Positions 38,972 to 54,245 of a DNA stretch of 64,000 bases are shown here, one piece after another (the first letter of the stretch is position 1; each line of letters opens with the position of its first letter). The notes beneath the pieces are model-generated. The model saw only the letters and a list, made by a program, of their open reading frames with translations. It was not told the origin of the DNA and made no database searches. The translations under genes were made by a program, and so were the position numbers. Source of the DNA: Perna viridis (taxonomy: Eukaryota); contig CM074516.1 in the NCBI GenBank assembly GCA_037379345.1, forward strand, positions 14,942,001-15,006,000. The letters run 5' to 3'.

Positions 38972-39979
38972 CTGGAAAAGTAAATTATAGATAGCTAAAA
39001 AACTGCTGCATGTAGGTTATATATTAAGCTGTGTGTTTGTAGCCAGTTTACATAAAATTTATATACATTTGGAAAAAAAATTTAAATGGCATGTTATTTG
39101 TGTTAGTAGTGAGTTTCTAGAATGTTTTTGAAATATGGTTCATAATACAAATAGACAGTCACAAGCTTCTTAATTAGAGGGTGATACTGGTTTACTTTCC
39201 AAACAATATAAAGGAGGTAGACCTAGGGTAAGGGACACAACTCTTACTAATCACTAGAACGTTTGTATTCACCATTTTACATCAATCTCATGTAAGCATC
39301 AAAGTAACTTGGACTGATTTCATTCTGTTTCAAATGAAAGTTTGATGGGCTTTGGTGAAATTGAATATGATACAAACATATCACTGATTTCAAGACTACG
39401 TCCCTTACCTAATGTCTACCTCCTTAAATCAACGAAAGTCTGCAACTATAGTAGCCAGATCATAAACATGGAAAAAATCATCAGTAATACACAACCTATG
39501 CTTAAAAAACTTCAAAGCTGCACGATATCTTCTTAATCTACAAAATGACCTTTTCCCTGTATTTTAGAAGATATCTGAGAACAATAGGACGTTAATTTAA
39601 TAAAACATTAAGTAATACCACTCCTCGTAATGTTGAAAAAAGGGGAATGGCGATTTGTTAAAAAAATTAACTCAAATACTGCATTTTGAAGTTTGCTGAA
39701 TATAATACATGTAACCTGTATTTTATGGTACTTAACAACTTCATGTATGCAAAGCTTCAAAAATACATATAATACATTGATCCGTTCTTAAGTTCTCATC
39801 TTAACAAGGACCTTTGTGTAAACCAGGGGTGCATGAAGATTATAAATGGGGTCCAACCAATAAATTTAAAGTCTCCAGGCCCATTTTCCCCAAAAATATG
39901 CAAACCAATTACATTTTCTTTAAACAAAACAGGGTTTCCTACCCCGAAACACTAAATACACCGGTGTAAAATTACTTAC

Positions 39980-40267
39980 TGTTCATTGGTTCAAGGACTC
40001 CGGGCATTGTACATCGTAGAAAATTTATCACATCTTTCCGTCTTCTACCCTTCATATATATTTCCTGTTCTCGTTGTCCTTGTACTGTCTTAGCCATTCG
40101 TTCAAATACAGGCGACTCACTAAAAAGTTCTTTTTTGTCGACCAAAAGCGACTTTCCCTCCACTACGAATCTGATTTCCGGTATATCCCGGCGTTCTGCC
40201 GCCCTTTTCATCCATGTTTCCGTTATGTCATGTTTTGATGACATTTGTTTAACGGCTTTACTCCAAG
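39980..40267 (-). CDS. BTB/POZ-domain protein, coding exon A
   Basis: Acceptor tttctttcag|, ATG at 40244, IRFVVEGKSLLVDKKELFSESPVFERM...FLRC, donor A|GTAAGT (phase 1). Confidence 0.85.
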
Positions 40268-43200
40268 CTGAAAGAAAAAAATATTGATGAAAAACCTTAC
40301 ATATGTACCATATGAAGCAAAGGAAAATTTCCCCGTTGAAATATTCTAAAGGGGAACTTCTTATTTAATGCTATGGTTGATACGCTTGTCCTACATTCTG
40401 TAGAGCACAGATCAACAACAGCTACTCGGTTTTTTTTTAATTTCTGCATTTTTTAACTTTGATCAAATCAAAATTTTGATCAAATGAATCACTTCAATAT
40501 ATTCTGTTTCTACCTTATATACTGAACGAATTTTCATATATATTAGCAGAACAAATAAAAATGTAGTAATTATGTCAATAGAAGTTATCGTGAATATTTT
40601 CTATCCTTGATGAATTAGGAATCCATTTCATCTTAATCCCCTAGCCTGCAGAGATGTATCAACGTTTTCAGTAATTTTTTTTCAAAATCAATGAATTAAA
40701 TCCAACTTATGCCCTTGTAAATCCGGAAGACATGCTCTCCATACTCAAAATATATTCGTCTTCTGTTTTGGATTATCAAAGAAGAATACTATCGGAAAAA
40801 ACGCATTAATTCTATGTTTCACCTGTAGAGAGTTTCTGTCTACTGATATATACGTTAGCCAATACTGAGGCAAACATTGAAAAAGTGACAATATTTAATT
40901 CCTCAAAGATATTCACATTCAAAAGGTATTGGTTTTAATAGGAAATGTCGATTTCAAAATATTGATCCGGAAAACGAAAACAATTACCAGAGCTTATCAA
41001 GGATAGCAAGTTTTAGTAATTACAGACAGAACAACGGAGCTATCGATAAAATTAAACAACACATTTCAATTTCAACGCAAAAGGCTTTAGAATTGGACTT
41101 AGGAATAGTAGCAAATATTAGCAATCTAAAAGTCGATACAATAACGGAAAGGAACACGAAAGATAATTGAATGACATTTCGTGTAACAGGATGTTCATTT
41201 CTTCTGCGATTCCTGCAGAAATGGGAAATCAATTAATGTCAAAGGAGGAAAAAATTGGTTGTTTCATATTTCTATGTGTTCTAATGATTATAGTAGGAGA
41301 GTCTCATAGACGACTGAATGAAGATCTGAATAAATGAGAAATGCTACATTTTTCTCCATATCACTGAATTAGCGATTGATACTCATAGGATATGTAAGTC
41401 TCGTCATGTGACTCCGTGATTTCATGAGAATGGGTCCTCATCTCCCATTCAAATGCATAGAGATTCATCATTAAAATAGCATTGATCTCAATGTTAAACG
41501 AAAAATATCTCTTTGAGAAAAAGGTACATGTAAGTTTCGCGACTGCTCCTTGCCGATTTCATAATTGACAAATTACTTAACCCATACATTGTAGGTAACT
41601 ATTGGCTTACCCGTTTCCATTGCTGATCTATGCAGTTTTCACTTATAACACAATATAAGCAACTTGAACATTAATGTGAAGTGTTTTGAAGACGATGTGG
41701 ATTATAAATAACCAAACTGAATCAAATTAAAGGGTAAAATGCATTTACTTGTAATATCCTTAAAGAAAATATTTTAAATTTTAACATGATTTGTTTACAT
41801 CTATAACCTACAGGAAAATGAATATGTCAATAAATATATTGAATTTATTGAGAAATTAAATGTATTTAAATCATAAATGTCAAAACAATATGATTAGTTA
41901 TTACCGACTGTAATTTAATTTCTTAAATCTTTCACGGTCATGAGAAATTACGTTTTAAAAGTTAAATCATTTGGTGACTATATCGTAACTTGGTCGTATG
42001 TCAAAATGCACTATACGCACCAAGAAACTGAAAAATGAATTATCCTTGTTTTTACAAAAGGGGTGTACTATGGTATATGTAAATTGTTTTACACTTCAGT
42101 GGCTGATATGGTTAAACGCAACAAATGCACCATCGTGTAACCCCTATAAAAATAGTAAATGTTTACTGAGATTACCAATAGGTCTTCAATTGGTGTAAAG
42201 ACACTCTAACGTAAGCTCTGAAAGGCCCCGACAACACAAGTTTGAAAATCAACGGTAATAGAATGATCCTTCAAATAAACTAAAAAGTCAAATACGTGTA
42301 ACGACACGTAGACACATTAATAACCATCATTGATTGACATTAGGGCGAAATCATTCATTTATAACCAGGTATCATGCTGCAAGCCAGGCAAACCACTTAG
42401 AAATAGTTGACAAATATCCGAAATCGACAGAAATAGATTAAAGCATCGAAAAATGACCAAGAACATGCTTTATTCATAAATTATTAGTTGAAAATTTTGA
42501 ATTGGATCTTGAACTTGTTATCTTAAAGCAATAAATTGTGCGATGATAAACAACGCTGGGCCAAAACAATTAAAAGAAATGAAATGTGGAAAAAATTAGT
42601 TCAACCGGAAACTTTAACATTTATTATAGCCGAACCTGCGTAAGGATACTCGTGTATCAAGAACCTTTAATTCAATTGACTGTAGACTAAAACTCAAAAT
42701 AAAATGTATTTCGGAAAAGTCAAGCCACGGAATAGATACAAGATCAAAGTAATTAAATATTGAAGTGTGCTACGATCAAAAACATGCCCACTTCGGGTAG
42801 AGGTTAAAATCAATCTTACCTCTCTAGAAATGGTATCTAAACTTTAATGAAATCAAACGCATTCTCAGGATAGAGATATGATTAAAAAATGCAATAGAGA
42901 ACCGTAGTGAATCATATGACTTAGCCACTTTGATTTAGTATCAAAGGAGTTACATTATTGTAGCAGGAAGGTGTATTGTTTGGTGGTCAGTCCATCCGGT
43001 AAGACGTCGGATTTAAAAGGAACATTTATGGTGAAATATACTAAATGGTCTAATAACGACCAGAATTGAGACTCAGTGGGCAATTTTACTTTGCCATGTT
43101 ACAGTACCTCACTTGTACATGAACAATCATGTATTAACGTTTTGTTTTGTTTTTTTGTTTTTTTTTTGTTTTTTTTTTTTTCTTGTTTCTGGTAAATTAC

Positions 43201-45969
43201 TATAAACATGCGATTTCTTAAAGCTATATAATATATCAACTACCTTCCGATTTTCATAAATTTCCGATTTTACTTTGAATTTCCTACTTAAGGGACTGAA
43301 GGAGTTTTGGGGACTTTAATCACAGAAACACAAAGGTTTTTAGTGTAGCTGTTACCTTGCGATTAGAGGTTAGCGTTAATTAAGACGGACTAAATTAACG
43401 AAACGCGAACCTGGCTGTGAACTTTTGAATTCCGTATTTGATACGAAGGGAAGTTTGAAAATTCCAGAAAGATACAGCAAATATCCAAAACCACCCTATT
43501 ACCAAAAGTACAATATTTCCAATATAAACTATTAGTTTTGATTCCACTGATTTGTTATTATCTGATACCTTTATTTTATAAAAATAAAATAAACAATATT
43601 TTAGTTAGTTCGTTGGAACCATATAAAGTAAAGTCAAGTAAGCTGTAACAATATCGTGAGCCGGGAACCATATTCGTGAGCATGCTATTCATATTTTAAA
43701 AGTCAATGCTTGATCCGCGTAGATTGTACTTAAAGGATTGAAAGGAACATGTACCTGGTATGGTTCTTCAATGCACGTGAAAAATAAACCAATACTGTTT
43801 GCTCATATAGACAGCTTTCTCGTAGGTCATACCAAATCAAGTTTATACAAACAGAAAATAACAACACTCAAATGCATTAGGCACAGGTACAACTAATGAT
43901 CATGCAAACAAGGAAGGGCGATAAGTCGATTTTTTGTTTGTTTGTTTGTGATTGTTAAACTTTACACACAACCGAAAATATTTTTTCAAAAAGTATCACC
44001 TATGGTAATAATACCAAAAAGATTAAGGGTTTCTCTGAGATTTCTCTCTTTCCTAACCCACTGAAGTACTTTTTGCTTGGTACTTAATTCATAATTCTAA
44101 CATTATTAATTTGACGTTCTGGATGCATTAACATTATTCAAGAAAATTGATAATATAGATACTAACTGGCTAATTCTGTATCTGCCATGGTATTGATTCG
44201 ACGTTGTCTGTATTGGTCCCGAGGACCTGTGGGCCGAGGGTGAATATAGCTGACCGAGAATCAATTCTGGCCCAATACAGAATCACCCAGTTCGTAACAC
44301 TCAAACAGTCCGTACATCTGGTCCGTATGACCAGTCTGTATGACATGCCAGTCTGTATGAAAATTTTGCAGACCCGGAAACAGGCAGTATATATACAAAA
44401 CGGGCCTATACGACTCTCCGTATTGGATCTGGAGAAAAAATGAAAAGGATGTTAACCGGGTGGATTTTCATAATATATATATCTATACGGACTATGGCTA
44501 CGTGAAGCGTATTTGATATGTCGTTTTGTAAAAAAAAATGTATAAAATTGTTAAACTTTCATCCTCTTCATGATTCTTAAGTGAGTCTGTACTGTATATG
44601 TACCATGAAAAAGGTAAATATATATGACTGTAAATGCTTATCTATTTAACCATTTATAAAATATGCGTGTTCATATTACTTACAAAGGGATTACGGCTTG
44701 TAGGAGGGCGTATATCTCAAACATTTCTCAATATGATCATTTTGAAAAAAAGTCTAAGACATTCAATTCAGATTTTTTCTTTGAAATGTCATAATGTTTA
44801 ATAACTACGAATGTTTGCTTAGCATGCAAATTAAGTTATTTAAGTATGACATTTATGAAAAAAAATAAAATACGATGTACAATGTATTTGATCTGGAATT
44901 TTAACATTTCGTCACACATTCTGAATGTACCTAAACTTGTTATTTCATTTAAACTGATGGTACATGTATGACTCAACCTATTTCAGTGGTGTTGGAACAT
45001 GTTTCATATATATCTTTGAAGTAGTATTATAGATATTGTAATTTTGAACGCAGGGTAGCGTGTATCCTTAAAAACTATGCCATAAGATTTATCCCCACTG
45101 GTGTAAGATTTCTTTCCAATTAGGTATATTAAATAAGGATCATAATGTTACATGTATATAAACCAAATGATGAGACATTTAAATCGACTATAGACATACA
45201 TCTTTACATAATTGGATGTAATAGTTGTATCTCTGAGAAACGAATATTTGATTTTTAAGATTTAGGATTTTAGCATGAATCTGGGCCTTACATTTTCTAA
45301 GAAAACTACAATTGACGACCTGCGAGAAGAGAAGAGAAAGGATCTCGATAACTACCACGAACTCACAGGTCACGAGAGCGCGCTAGAACAAAGGTCAGGT
45401 CGAAAGTTTCCTTCTACACCCCTACACGAAAAAAAACGAAGGATCCAAATTTCTATTGGAATCCATTAAAATTAATTGAAGACCAAGTATCAATTTTCCA
45501 GTGGCTGTGATTTTTAGTATCTGAGAAAAATGTTACGAAAATATTTCCCCGCCCACCCGACCTTCACCATTCTATATATATCGGCCGATTTTCATGCGTG
45601 CAACCCAGCCAAAAAATAGTTGTCTTCTCTCTTAAGGGTACAACTACTTGAAAAAACGAAAAGCGAACTGTAATAGGTAAAGACGGGGAGAGTAAGGTCC
45701 GGTCTGCAAAAAAAGTGTTTACCATGCATGCATTGCTATGATTAAATATTTAAGTGACAACTTGCGCTCGTCTTTAAAGGACGTTACGACATTGATTTTA
45801 CAAATCATGCAACTGTTTGTATTAGGCAAATAAGCTATCATATGAAAATACACAGTGAGTGAGCGTTATTAAGTGTTAACGTGCTTAACAAATTACAGTT
45901 TCGAGATTTGTCTGATTAAATTTTAATTGAAGAGATCCGTAGAGATAGAGGTATTCGTACAAATGTAAA

Positions 45970-46200
45970 CACAGGCAAAAACAGTTCTAATGAAATTCAC
46001 GTGATCAAACTTCACATGAAATTCACACAAATAAAATGAAGTTCAAGTGATTTTCACGTGTAATTCACTTCACATGATTGTCATGTGAATATTTCGTATG
46101 AATTATATGTAAAAGTCCGATTTATGTGAACTCCATCACACAATTTATTTGCTCACCGTGTGAAGTTCATGTGAAAATCATGTGAAATATTTTGCCTGTG
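45970..46200. mobile_element. MITE with CAC...GTG ends and tcacatga/tcacgtga motifs
   Basis: cacaggcaaaa ... ttttgcctgtg|ta. A second, truncated copy lies at ~50247-50460. Confidence 0.75.
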
Positions 46201-46974
46201 TATGAAAAAAAATTGTAAACTTAGCTTAATGGAAAGAAAGCAAGGAATTTATTTTCTATCATTTGAATTTTGTAATATTTTAACTCTCACCTCTTATAAA
46301 AAGACATTGGATTGATAGAATATGTTCAATGCCAATACAAACATGCAAAAAATTTTGAAAATGAAAGAAAAATCTTTTTAAAGTCTTTACAAGTTGGTGA
46401 CTTGAACCTCGTGAAGTTAATCGACAATAAGGCATAAAAGTAATTGGATAAAGCTCGAATTGTGTTAAATACGCTACATATAATATTTACCACAGTTATA
46501 TATAAACATGCTAGTCACAATAAATTATACATAATACGATTTAAAAAGATTGATTTGAGTACAATTACTATATGTTATATTATGTAAAACATACATGTAA
46601 AACCATGCCACATGCAATGTCTATCTACTATCTACTATGGTGTAAAGATCTACTTGTATACCAAGTTCTTACCTTCAAAAATCAAGAGTTAAACCTGAGA
46701 ACTTCCTTTAAAAAAAAACGAATTGAGTTTTAATTCATCAACAACGTATAAATATTGAATTGAACATTAGACGGTGATTTTTATAGATATCGTTATAAAT
46801 TGACATGCACGGATTTGTGATAAAAAATCGCACAGACCGTTGAACACGTTAATATCTATCGGATGCAAATTACAAAATGCTAAAGGTAACTAATGGGACA
46901 TGTAATGAGAGATTGATTTGATTTTCTGTTTCCAGCAGCATCACTAGGCAAGTTTCATTTTTCATTTATGGATC

Positions 46975-47157
46975 CAGTGGAGGTTCCAGTTACGGGTCCG
47001 GTGGGGGTCGCGGGGGATGGACCCCCTCTTTTTTGTTGAAAAAAAAATGTGAATCTCATGTAAAATTTTGGCAAAATGAGCAAATGATCCCTAATACTCC
47101 CGTTATTCTTGAATTTCTCTGGGACCTCATTTCCAAAATCTCTGGATCCGCTCCTTG
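46975..47157. mobile_element. GC-rich MITE (GGCGGATCCAG-type ends), second copy ~49066-49225
   Basis: cagtggaggttccag...ctggatccgctcc and agcggatccaagg...ctggattcacccctg, with poly-G/poly-C tracts. Confidence 0.6.
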
Positions 47158-47938
47158 TTATGAGAGGGGCAGCAGACTTATTAATATATTAAATATTTCC
47201 ACAACATTTTGATACATGTAACTAGTCAGACTTTACTGATAGGTGTTGTAATCACTCAGTACAGTTTTTAGTACATGAATTATATCGTATATGAGTTTTA
47301 AGAATGAAAGAATAAGTCGAAATAACCTGATGAAGTAATGAAATCATTTTTTTTTAACTTTCCGTGGTTTGTTTGGTTTTTTTTAACAACCAAAACATCC
47401 TTTAAACAGTTTAAAACGTCAACTTATTTTGACAAAAAAAATAAGCCTAGGTTACACCTGTTGAATTAAAAAGTCTTTTTTTACCATAATCCTAAATCTT
47501 AATTCCCCTTGGCACTGATCTATTATGTTAATATATTGAATTTAAAAATATTCATATTATTTAATTTAATCAGTGTAATTAATAATCAAAGAGTGTTAAC
47601 GAAAAAGGTCAATTGTTTAAATCAATCTAACTTTTGTTGAAAGTATTTAGATAAGAGGCTTAATTAACCCTCGTAATGTAACGTTGTTTCCTATTACTCA
47701 GATTTTAAACTTCAGTACAACTTATTTGGCGATAAGCAAACATACGTATTTATTTACCTACAAAGATAATTCGCAATGGGTAAATATTTTAATTCCCTAA
47801 CCTTTCGAACATTCCGGCCTGAACATGACACGGTATTCGTAAGACTGTAATAAATTTCAAATTCACAATTTAATTTAAGTTTAATGTTTAAAGGGTGTGA
47901 ATTAAAATAAAATCAAATAACTTTGCAGTTTCTTACCT

Positions 47939-48050
47939 TAATTTATTCCAAACCAATAAAATTTGTATTTTCCCATCGACGAAATGACACGGACAGGTAA
48001 GGGGACAAGCTAAAAATGTGATGACTTCGGTATGACAGTGCTTTTTATAT
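47939..48050 (-). promoter_or_regulatory. Candidate TATA box and non-coding first exon, possibly of the BTB gene
   Basis: Minus strand TATAAAAAG at ~48041-48049, followed ~100 bp later by AAG|GTAAGA donor at ~47938. Confidence 0.3.
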
Positions 48051-50959
48051 GACTAGAATAAATGATAAATGTGTTGACTTATCAAAACTTTTATCCAATA
48101 AAATTTATCATATATCGAAGGTGAATCTTTTCTCGTGAGACCGGATTAAGGGATTTTGCGTATAAACTGTTTTTTTTTTCAATTATTTACATGTGTATAC
48201 TGTGTAAAAGTGAATTTGACAGCTTTAGAGGAAAACTTGTGTAATGTAAACGCTGTTGAAGAGAAATTGACATCTTACGGTGAGAATCTGGTAAATAAAT
48301 TTTAATACTGTTATCGGTTGAAACCCATAGTAAGTGGGCATCTGTAAGAAACGTCTTACACATTGAGTATACCGAAACCAGTCCTGTTTAAACCAATGTA
48401 AATGTATTCCCCACATAATTATTGATTTAAACCTGTATAAAACGACATCAAACAAAATCGAAAATAGATTCATACTGAAACTGTCTGTATATACACAGGG
48501 TTTAATTTCTGTCTATATGAACTGATATATGAATTTTTCATGACTCATCTAAAATAGTATCTAATAAACAAAAATGGAAAATCGACAGCGACAACCCTTT
48601 AAATTATTGAATTTTAGAAATGAAAATGCAGCTAATCGTTTACACAAAAAAATCTTCAAAGTGGTAAGATCAACATCTCTTTCGCTTTGTTGCTATTAAC
48701 CAATTACAAATGAAAACAAAATATCTAATATACTCGACACTGTTTCAATGTGTGGATACATTATGTATACTTTTATGTACAATTTTCGCTTCTTTAATTC
48801 TTTCGTTATTTATATTGAAAATACGTCTGGAAATGTACGCTAAATTTCCTAATAGAAGTATTAAGAAAATGTTTACTTCCTAATTCATAAAGCTTGGTTC
48901 CCTTGACTACTCTTTCATAACGTGGTTAATTAAAATCTAAGTGTTCTGTAAAAGTAAAAATTTGATAAAAATGTGGGAGGCTCACAAACGGTGAAAAGAC
49001 ATTTAAATTACACTTTTCACATTTTACTCATTTTGATATTCCTTTTAAAATCAGATAGATTCCTTAGCGGATCCAAGGTGGGGTGGGGGGAGGGGAGAGA
49101 CGAAACCTTTGGTTGATACAGTTTGTTCATTTCATGTAAAATTTGAATTACCCCCCCCCCTACCCCCACCAATTTTTCTTGAATCCCTATGGACTTCTTA
49201 TCAAATTCTCTGGATTCACCCCCTGAGATTCATAACAATGTTCATGATCAGTAGCCATGAGAAACTAGAGACAATATCGCAGTAGCTGTAGATATAATTC
49301 AAAATCCACAAATCAAAATGTGGTTAATGAAAAAATGCAGTGAAATGTTACTTTGAAAAAAGGGGGAGGGAATCAAAACCAGTGAAATAATTACATGCAT
49401 ACATTTTAAATATATCTTTTGTTTCCATTTTGAAATGATATAGATTCATGACATTATTCAGTTGTTAATGAGAAACCAGAGACAATCAAAGTCGACATGT
49501 AGGTCATTATTGATCGCCATGAGAATGTCATGTTCATTTATAGAGACATTTTAATCTATCTTAATAAGCAGAAAATTTGTGATAATTGAGAAAAGAAAAC
49601 ATAAACCGCTTACCATGTCGTCGCTGAAACATGTCTTTTATGTAAATATTTCCCTAGATAAACACAAATAATTGAGTTTTTATATTTCTCTACGTCTAAC
49701 ATTCAAACGGCACTGCACTTAAATCGCCTTACGTTGGCCTTCTATAGAAAACACAATACAACCTGGTGTATTGTCCCGTATAAAGGGAACGAGTATTTAA
49801 ATTGATTAGACTATTCTTCGTTGAGTATAATACTTTTTAAATATAAACAATTCGATTTAATAAAAAGTGAAGGCTCCACGTGTTAAATCTTACTGAAGGG
49901 TTTTGTTGCAAAATGATAGATAAAAAGAGGACTATGAATGCCTTTTTGATGTTTATTTTAAGTTCGGAATTTAATTTCAATGGTTTGTAGAGACTTAAAA
50001 TCAGATATAATTTGAATTGGATATTCAGAGATAGTGAAGAAGTAGTGTTAAACACTTCATATAGTTTACATTCAAGATGTTTATTGTGCGTGTTACTTAT
50101 ATCATAATGTTGAACAGCGGTTTGAGACGATTGCGTTTTTCACTGTATCAGCTAGATTTCAAAGGTTCATGGAGATAAAGAGCGTTAGAGACGGTTTCTG
50201 TATACCAAGTACCAGTCCGAATAAAATTCAGTCACTGCCTATGGTACACAGGCAAATAATTTTCACGTGAAATCCATGTCAAACGAGCTTCACATGAAAT
50301 TCATGTGAACTTTACACGAAATTAAAGTTATTTTCACGTGAAATTCACTTGACACGAATTTCATGTGAAATAATCATGTAAATTTCGCGTGACGGCTTAT
50401 TTCACCTGAATTTCACATGAACTTTGTCACAAAGTTTATTTGTTTATTACGGTGACAATCATGTAAGGGTTACTTTTACTCCTAAATGTTCTATTTTCGG
50501 TTCTTCATCATTCCAATAACGAGATTTTTGTAACCGGACTAAATATTTGTCAGTATTTCCGTTGCATATTTTTCATCCTTTTTTAAGAATTTGATCGTAA
50601 TCAGTTTTGAGGTCAAGAGATTCATGTTATCAAATTGGGGAATGGGGATAACAATAGGGTTTGTAAGTCTCGTTCTAGTTTCAATTTCCCTTCCGGAATT
50701 TCCGGTAAAGAACGTATTGAAATCCGAAGACCGATCTGCATTTTATTGTGTACTTCCGGAAAATCCAAACGATGCTTCACAATGCAAAGTCTTCTATTTT
50801 ATGCTATTCTTAACATTTTTGTCCCTTGGAACTAGATATAAATCAGTACTTTTTATCAAAAAAGATACTTCGCTTATAATATTGAACTCAAAGCTATGTT
50901 AATGATGAATCTCCATACATTTGAATTGTATACTAGGACCCATTCTTACGAAACCACAG

Positions 50960-52152
50960 GGACACGTAACGAGACTTACATACCCTATTTGGTGACCATT
51001 GATCACAGTTTTCAAAAGCTGTTTTATTGTCACTTTGCTGTATACTGTTCATACACTGAAAAACAGCACTCCCGACTGCTGAAAGTTTTTCAAATCTCCT
51101 TTACGTAAGTGTTCTTGATGAATGGAATTAGGCAAAAGTCACAGGGTGCTATATCTGGACTGTATGCAGACTGTGGCAAAGTTTCAATATTGCACACCTC
51201 TATATATCCTGTATCATGCACAGGTGCACTGTCCTGAAATAACTTGATACCACGGGTACCAGTGCGTGGACAAACAGCTTTAATTTGTAGTGTTTAACCA
51301 CTTTTGTAGCATAAATGTTTCCTGTAACAGTTGAGCTTTTTGGTTTAAAAAATAGGGCGTACAATATTCTCTTCATCATCTTATTTCTTCATGCAACTTG
51401 AGGTCGTTCACCAATTTCTCCGTTCTATACCTTGTTCCCTGCTTTTGAATCCGGTTAAAAAATAAATCCAAGTTTCATCTCCTGTTATGATTTCATTGAG
51501 TCTACGAGGATCACAGTGTTCGTATTTTTAAAAAGTTTTTTTTTTGCACAATCAACCCGGTTCTGTTTTTGTTCATCGGTCATATGGGGTACTCATATTG
51601 CACAATTCTTGAGTAATTTTAGCTTTTTGTTAAATTGTAAACACTGCTTACGAATTTATCCATGAATATAAGGCTAACTTTTCAACCCTACAAATGTATA
51701 TCTTGCTCCTTGAGCTATCAGTTCTTTCACAATATGCACATCTTTTTTACAAAACCGGAAAGTGGCCGTCCAATTCTGGGATCGTCTTCTGTGGCCTCTA
51801 GTCCTGACTTAAAACGATGAAACCAACGTAACACTGTTGGAAAAAACCGGGCAGATGTGGCGTAAAATTGATCCAAATCATTTTTTATTTCAGTGGCCGA
51901 ACTTCCAAACACCACCCATAGTTTACAACATGCCATTTGTTCAACCGTAAAACCATTCTCTTTTACAGCCACTATATAATATCATCACGTGCAAATTGCA
52001 CAGTTGTTAGAATTAAACATGAAAATTCCATACAAAAATATAAGATTGTTTAGAGAAACAATAGAGATTTCATGGACATAAAAATGTTTAATTCTGTTAA
52101 TTTATAGAAATATACAAGATCAATGTTCAGAACTTTTTAAATACCCCTCGTA
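50960..52152 (-). mobile_element. Decayed mariner transposon
   Basis: TIR-like TACGAGGGG at 52152, HTH ...TVLRWFHRFKSGLEATEDDPRIGRP, VPHM..EQKQNRV, IITGDETWI, YSPDIAPCDF (~51145-51175). Frameshifts throughout. Confidence 0.88.
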
Positions 52153-52189
52153 TTGAATTAATAAGTTTTTTTACTGAGGTACCCTTTTC

Positions 52190-53600
52190 TACATGTCTTC
52201 CTACCACAACACTTGTTACTCCCGTAGTGGTATTAATTCAACGTGGATCCTGCAAAAAACTTAAAAGATCTTTTTGAGACAATTAGTGCAAGATTATTAT
52301 CAGAATATGATATCATCAAAACCTATGATTTTTCAACACTGTATACTCTAATCCCCATACTTTGTTTAAATCCCGACTTTTTGTTTCTGGAAAATTTTAA
52401 TACTGCCTTTTGTATTTCAAATTTGATCCTATAGCCCATAAAAATCGAATGGTGGCTCCCTAAGATCATACTTCTATTTCCAATACTCAGTTAAAATCCC
52501 GACTCGAAAACATTATACATCGTTGTTTTTTTCCAAAAAAAAAGATGGTACACCTAGATACACATATATAGTTCTTTGTAGAGATTTCTCATACTGTGTA
52601 AGAAATAACTCCAAATAAAGATGATTACAACATGCTGGAATTTTTAATCGACAATATATTTGTCCAGTATGATGGACGCATTTTTCAACAAACGGTCGGC
52701 ATTCCAATTGGAACAAATTGTGCTCCTCTATTTTGCTCCGACCTATACCTTCACTCTTATGTGGCTGACTTTAAAGCTGATCTGATCAGAAAGAAAGGAT
52801 ATTGTCTAACTAGATCCTTTAATCTCAAAATCAAAATTTAGTTTGTTTTCGCTATATAGATGTCGAATTATCTTTAAACAATTCTAATTTCGGGGATTTG
52901 ATAAATCGCATCTACCCCAAAGAAATTGAAATAGAGGATACTACAGACACTGTTAAGTCGGCCTCATATCTTGACCTACACTCAAAAATTGATGGTAAAG
53001 GAAACTATTGACCAAACTTTACGACAAACATGATGTCTTTTCATTCAGAATTGTTACTTTCATCTGTGACAAAATCCCTTCAGCACCTGGGTAAAGAGTT
53101 TTCATATCACAACGCATACGTTATGCCAGAGCTTGCCGTAACTACGCAGACTTTTTGTATCGCGCTATAATTTTAACAAATAGGTTTCTGGAGCAGGGTT
53201 TTGTTGCTACAAGATTGAAGTCATAACTATAGAAACTTTATGGTCGTTATCTTGAACTCGGGGATCGTCACGGAGTATCCATCTGCGCCATGAAAACTGA
53301 TTTGTTGAACGTGTCATAGTTTTCCTTTCCTCTTTCATCTACCCCGAACTTGACTTTTTATGAACAACTTGGCGGGTGTTTCTAGAAAAGCAGAGGACGC
53401 TTACCCTACTGGTGCACCTGGTCCATGCTCCCAGGTTTTAGTCGAGTCCGAGTTGCTCATTTGCTTTTGTTACTTTGTATGTATGATTTTAGTTACTTTA
53501 TATTCTTTGTTGTGTATGTCTGTTTTCTATGTCTGGTCTTTATCCCTGTATTACATTATTTCCATTACCGCTTTAACCTTGGTTCCCTTGATCATTCTTT
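52190..53600 (+). pseudogene. Penelope-like retroelement RT remnant with its 3' repeat
   Basis: IKTYDFSTLYT, MLEFLIDNIFVQYDGRIFQQTVGIPIGTNCAP, RYID, SASYLDL, IRYARACRNY. Followed by the gcttaccct.ctggtgcacctgg 3' region. Confidence 0.88.
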
Positions 53601-53869
53601 TCAGTATGGCGGTGGCATTCAATAGTCCTTTTACAAAGTTCATGATCAACGAATATCACGTAACATTACCATGTTAATGTGAAATATAAACGTAATTGCT
53701 TTTTGCATGTCGGCAATTGCACAAAGGCGGTGTTTTTCCTAAACATGTTGTGATATGTTTTCACAAAATCCTATTGGACGTGTTTTTATTGATACTTTTG
53801 TTTGAGTAAACAAAATGTACTAATAAGTTGATTTTGGTTTTGAACAAGCTTAAAGAAAAAGCGAATACT

Positions 53870-54245
53870 CTTTCGAGGTATATACAGCATGTTGTCTTTT
53901 GTTTAATTTGTAAAAGTGTTTGTATTCTGTATCTCTCTCAAGAGTTAAATCCCAATTAAACAGATTTATAAAGTTCGTTCTTGTTGTACTTCTCAACACT
54001 GTCCCAGGATAGGGGAAGAGTTGAGCGCCTACAAATACGTTTAAACCCACCACATATTTTGTGTACCTGTCCCAAACTAGGAACCTTATTTCATTTATTT
54101 TGGGCATTTTACAGCTTGTCTTATGGTACGGGTTTTGCCGATCATTGAAGACCGTGTGGTGATCTGTAAAAATTAAATTGTTCAATGCTTGCCCTTGGGT
54201 GGATGACTTTCTCGTTGGCAATTATACCACAACTTCTATTTTTTA
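53870..54245 (+). repeat. SINE-like interspersed repeat
   Basis: Motifs gagttgagcgc...tttaaacccaccacat...cctgtcccaa...tctcgttggcaattataccaca resemble common mollusc repeats (recognised from memory). Confidence 0.45.

Noticed and set aside
53360-53677. 105-aa hydrophobic ORF with similar ORFs at 60362 and 19038
   Set aside because: These are translations of a non-coding T-rich interspersed repeat.
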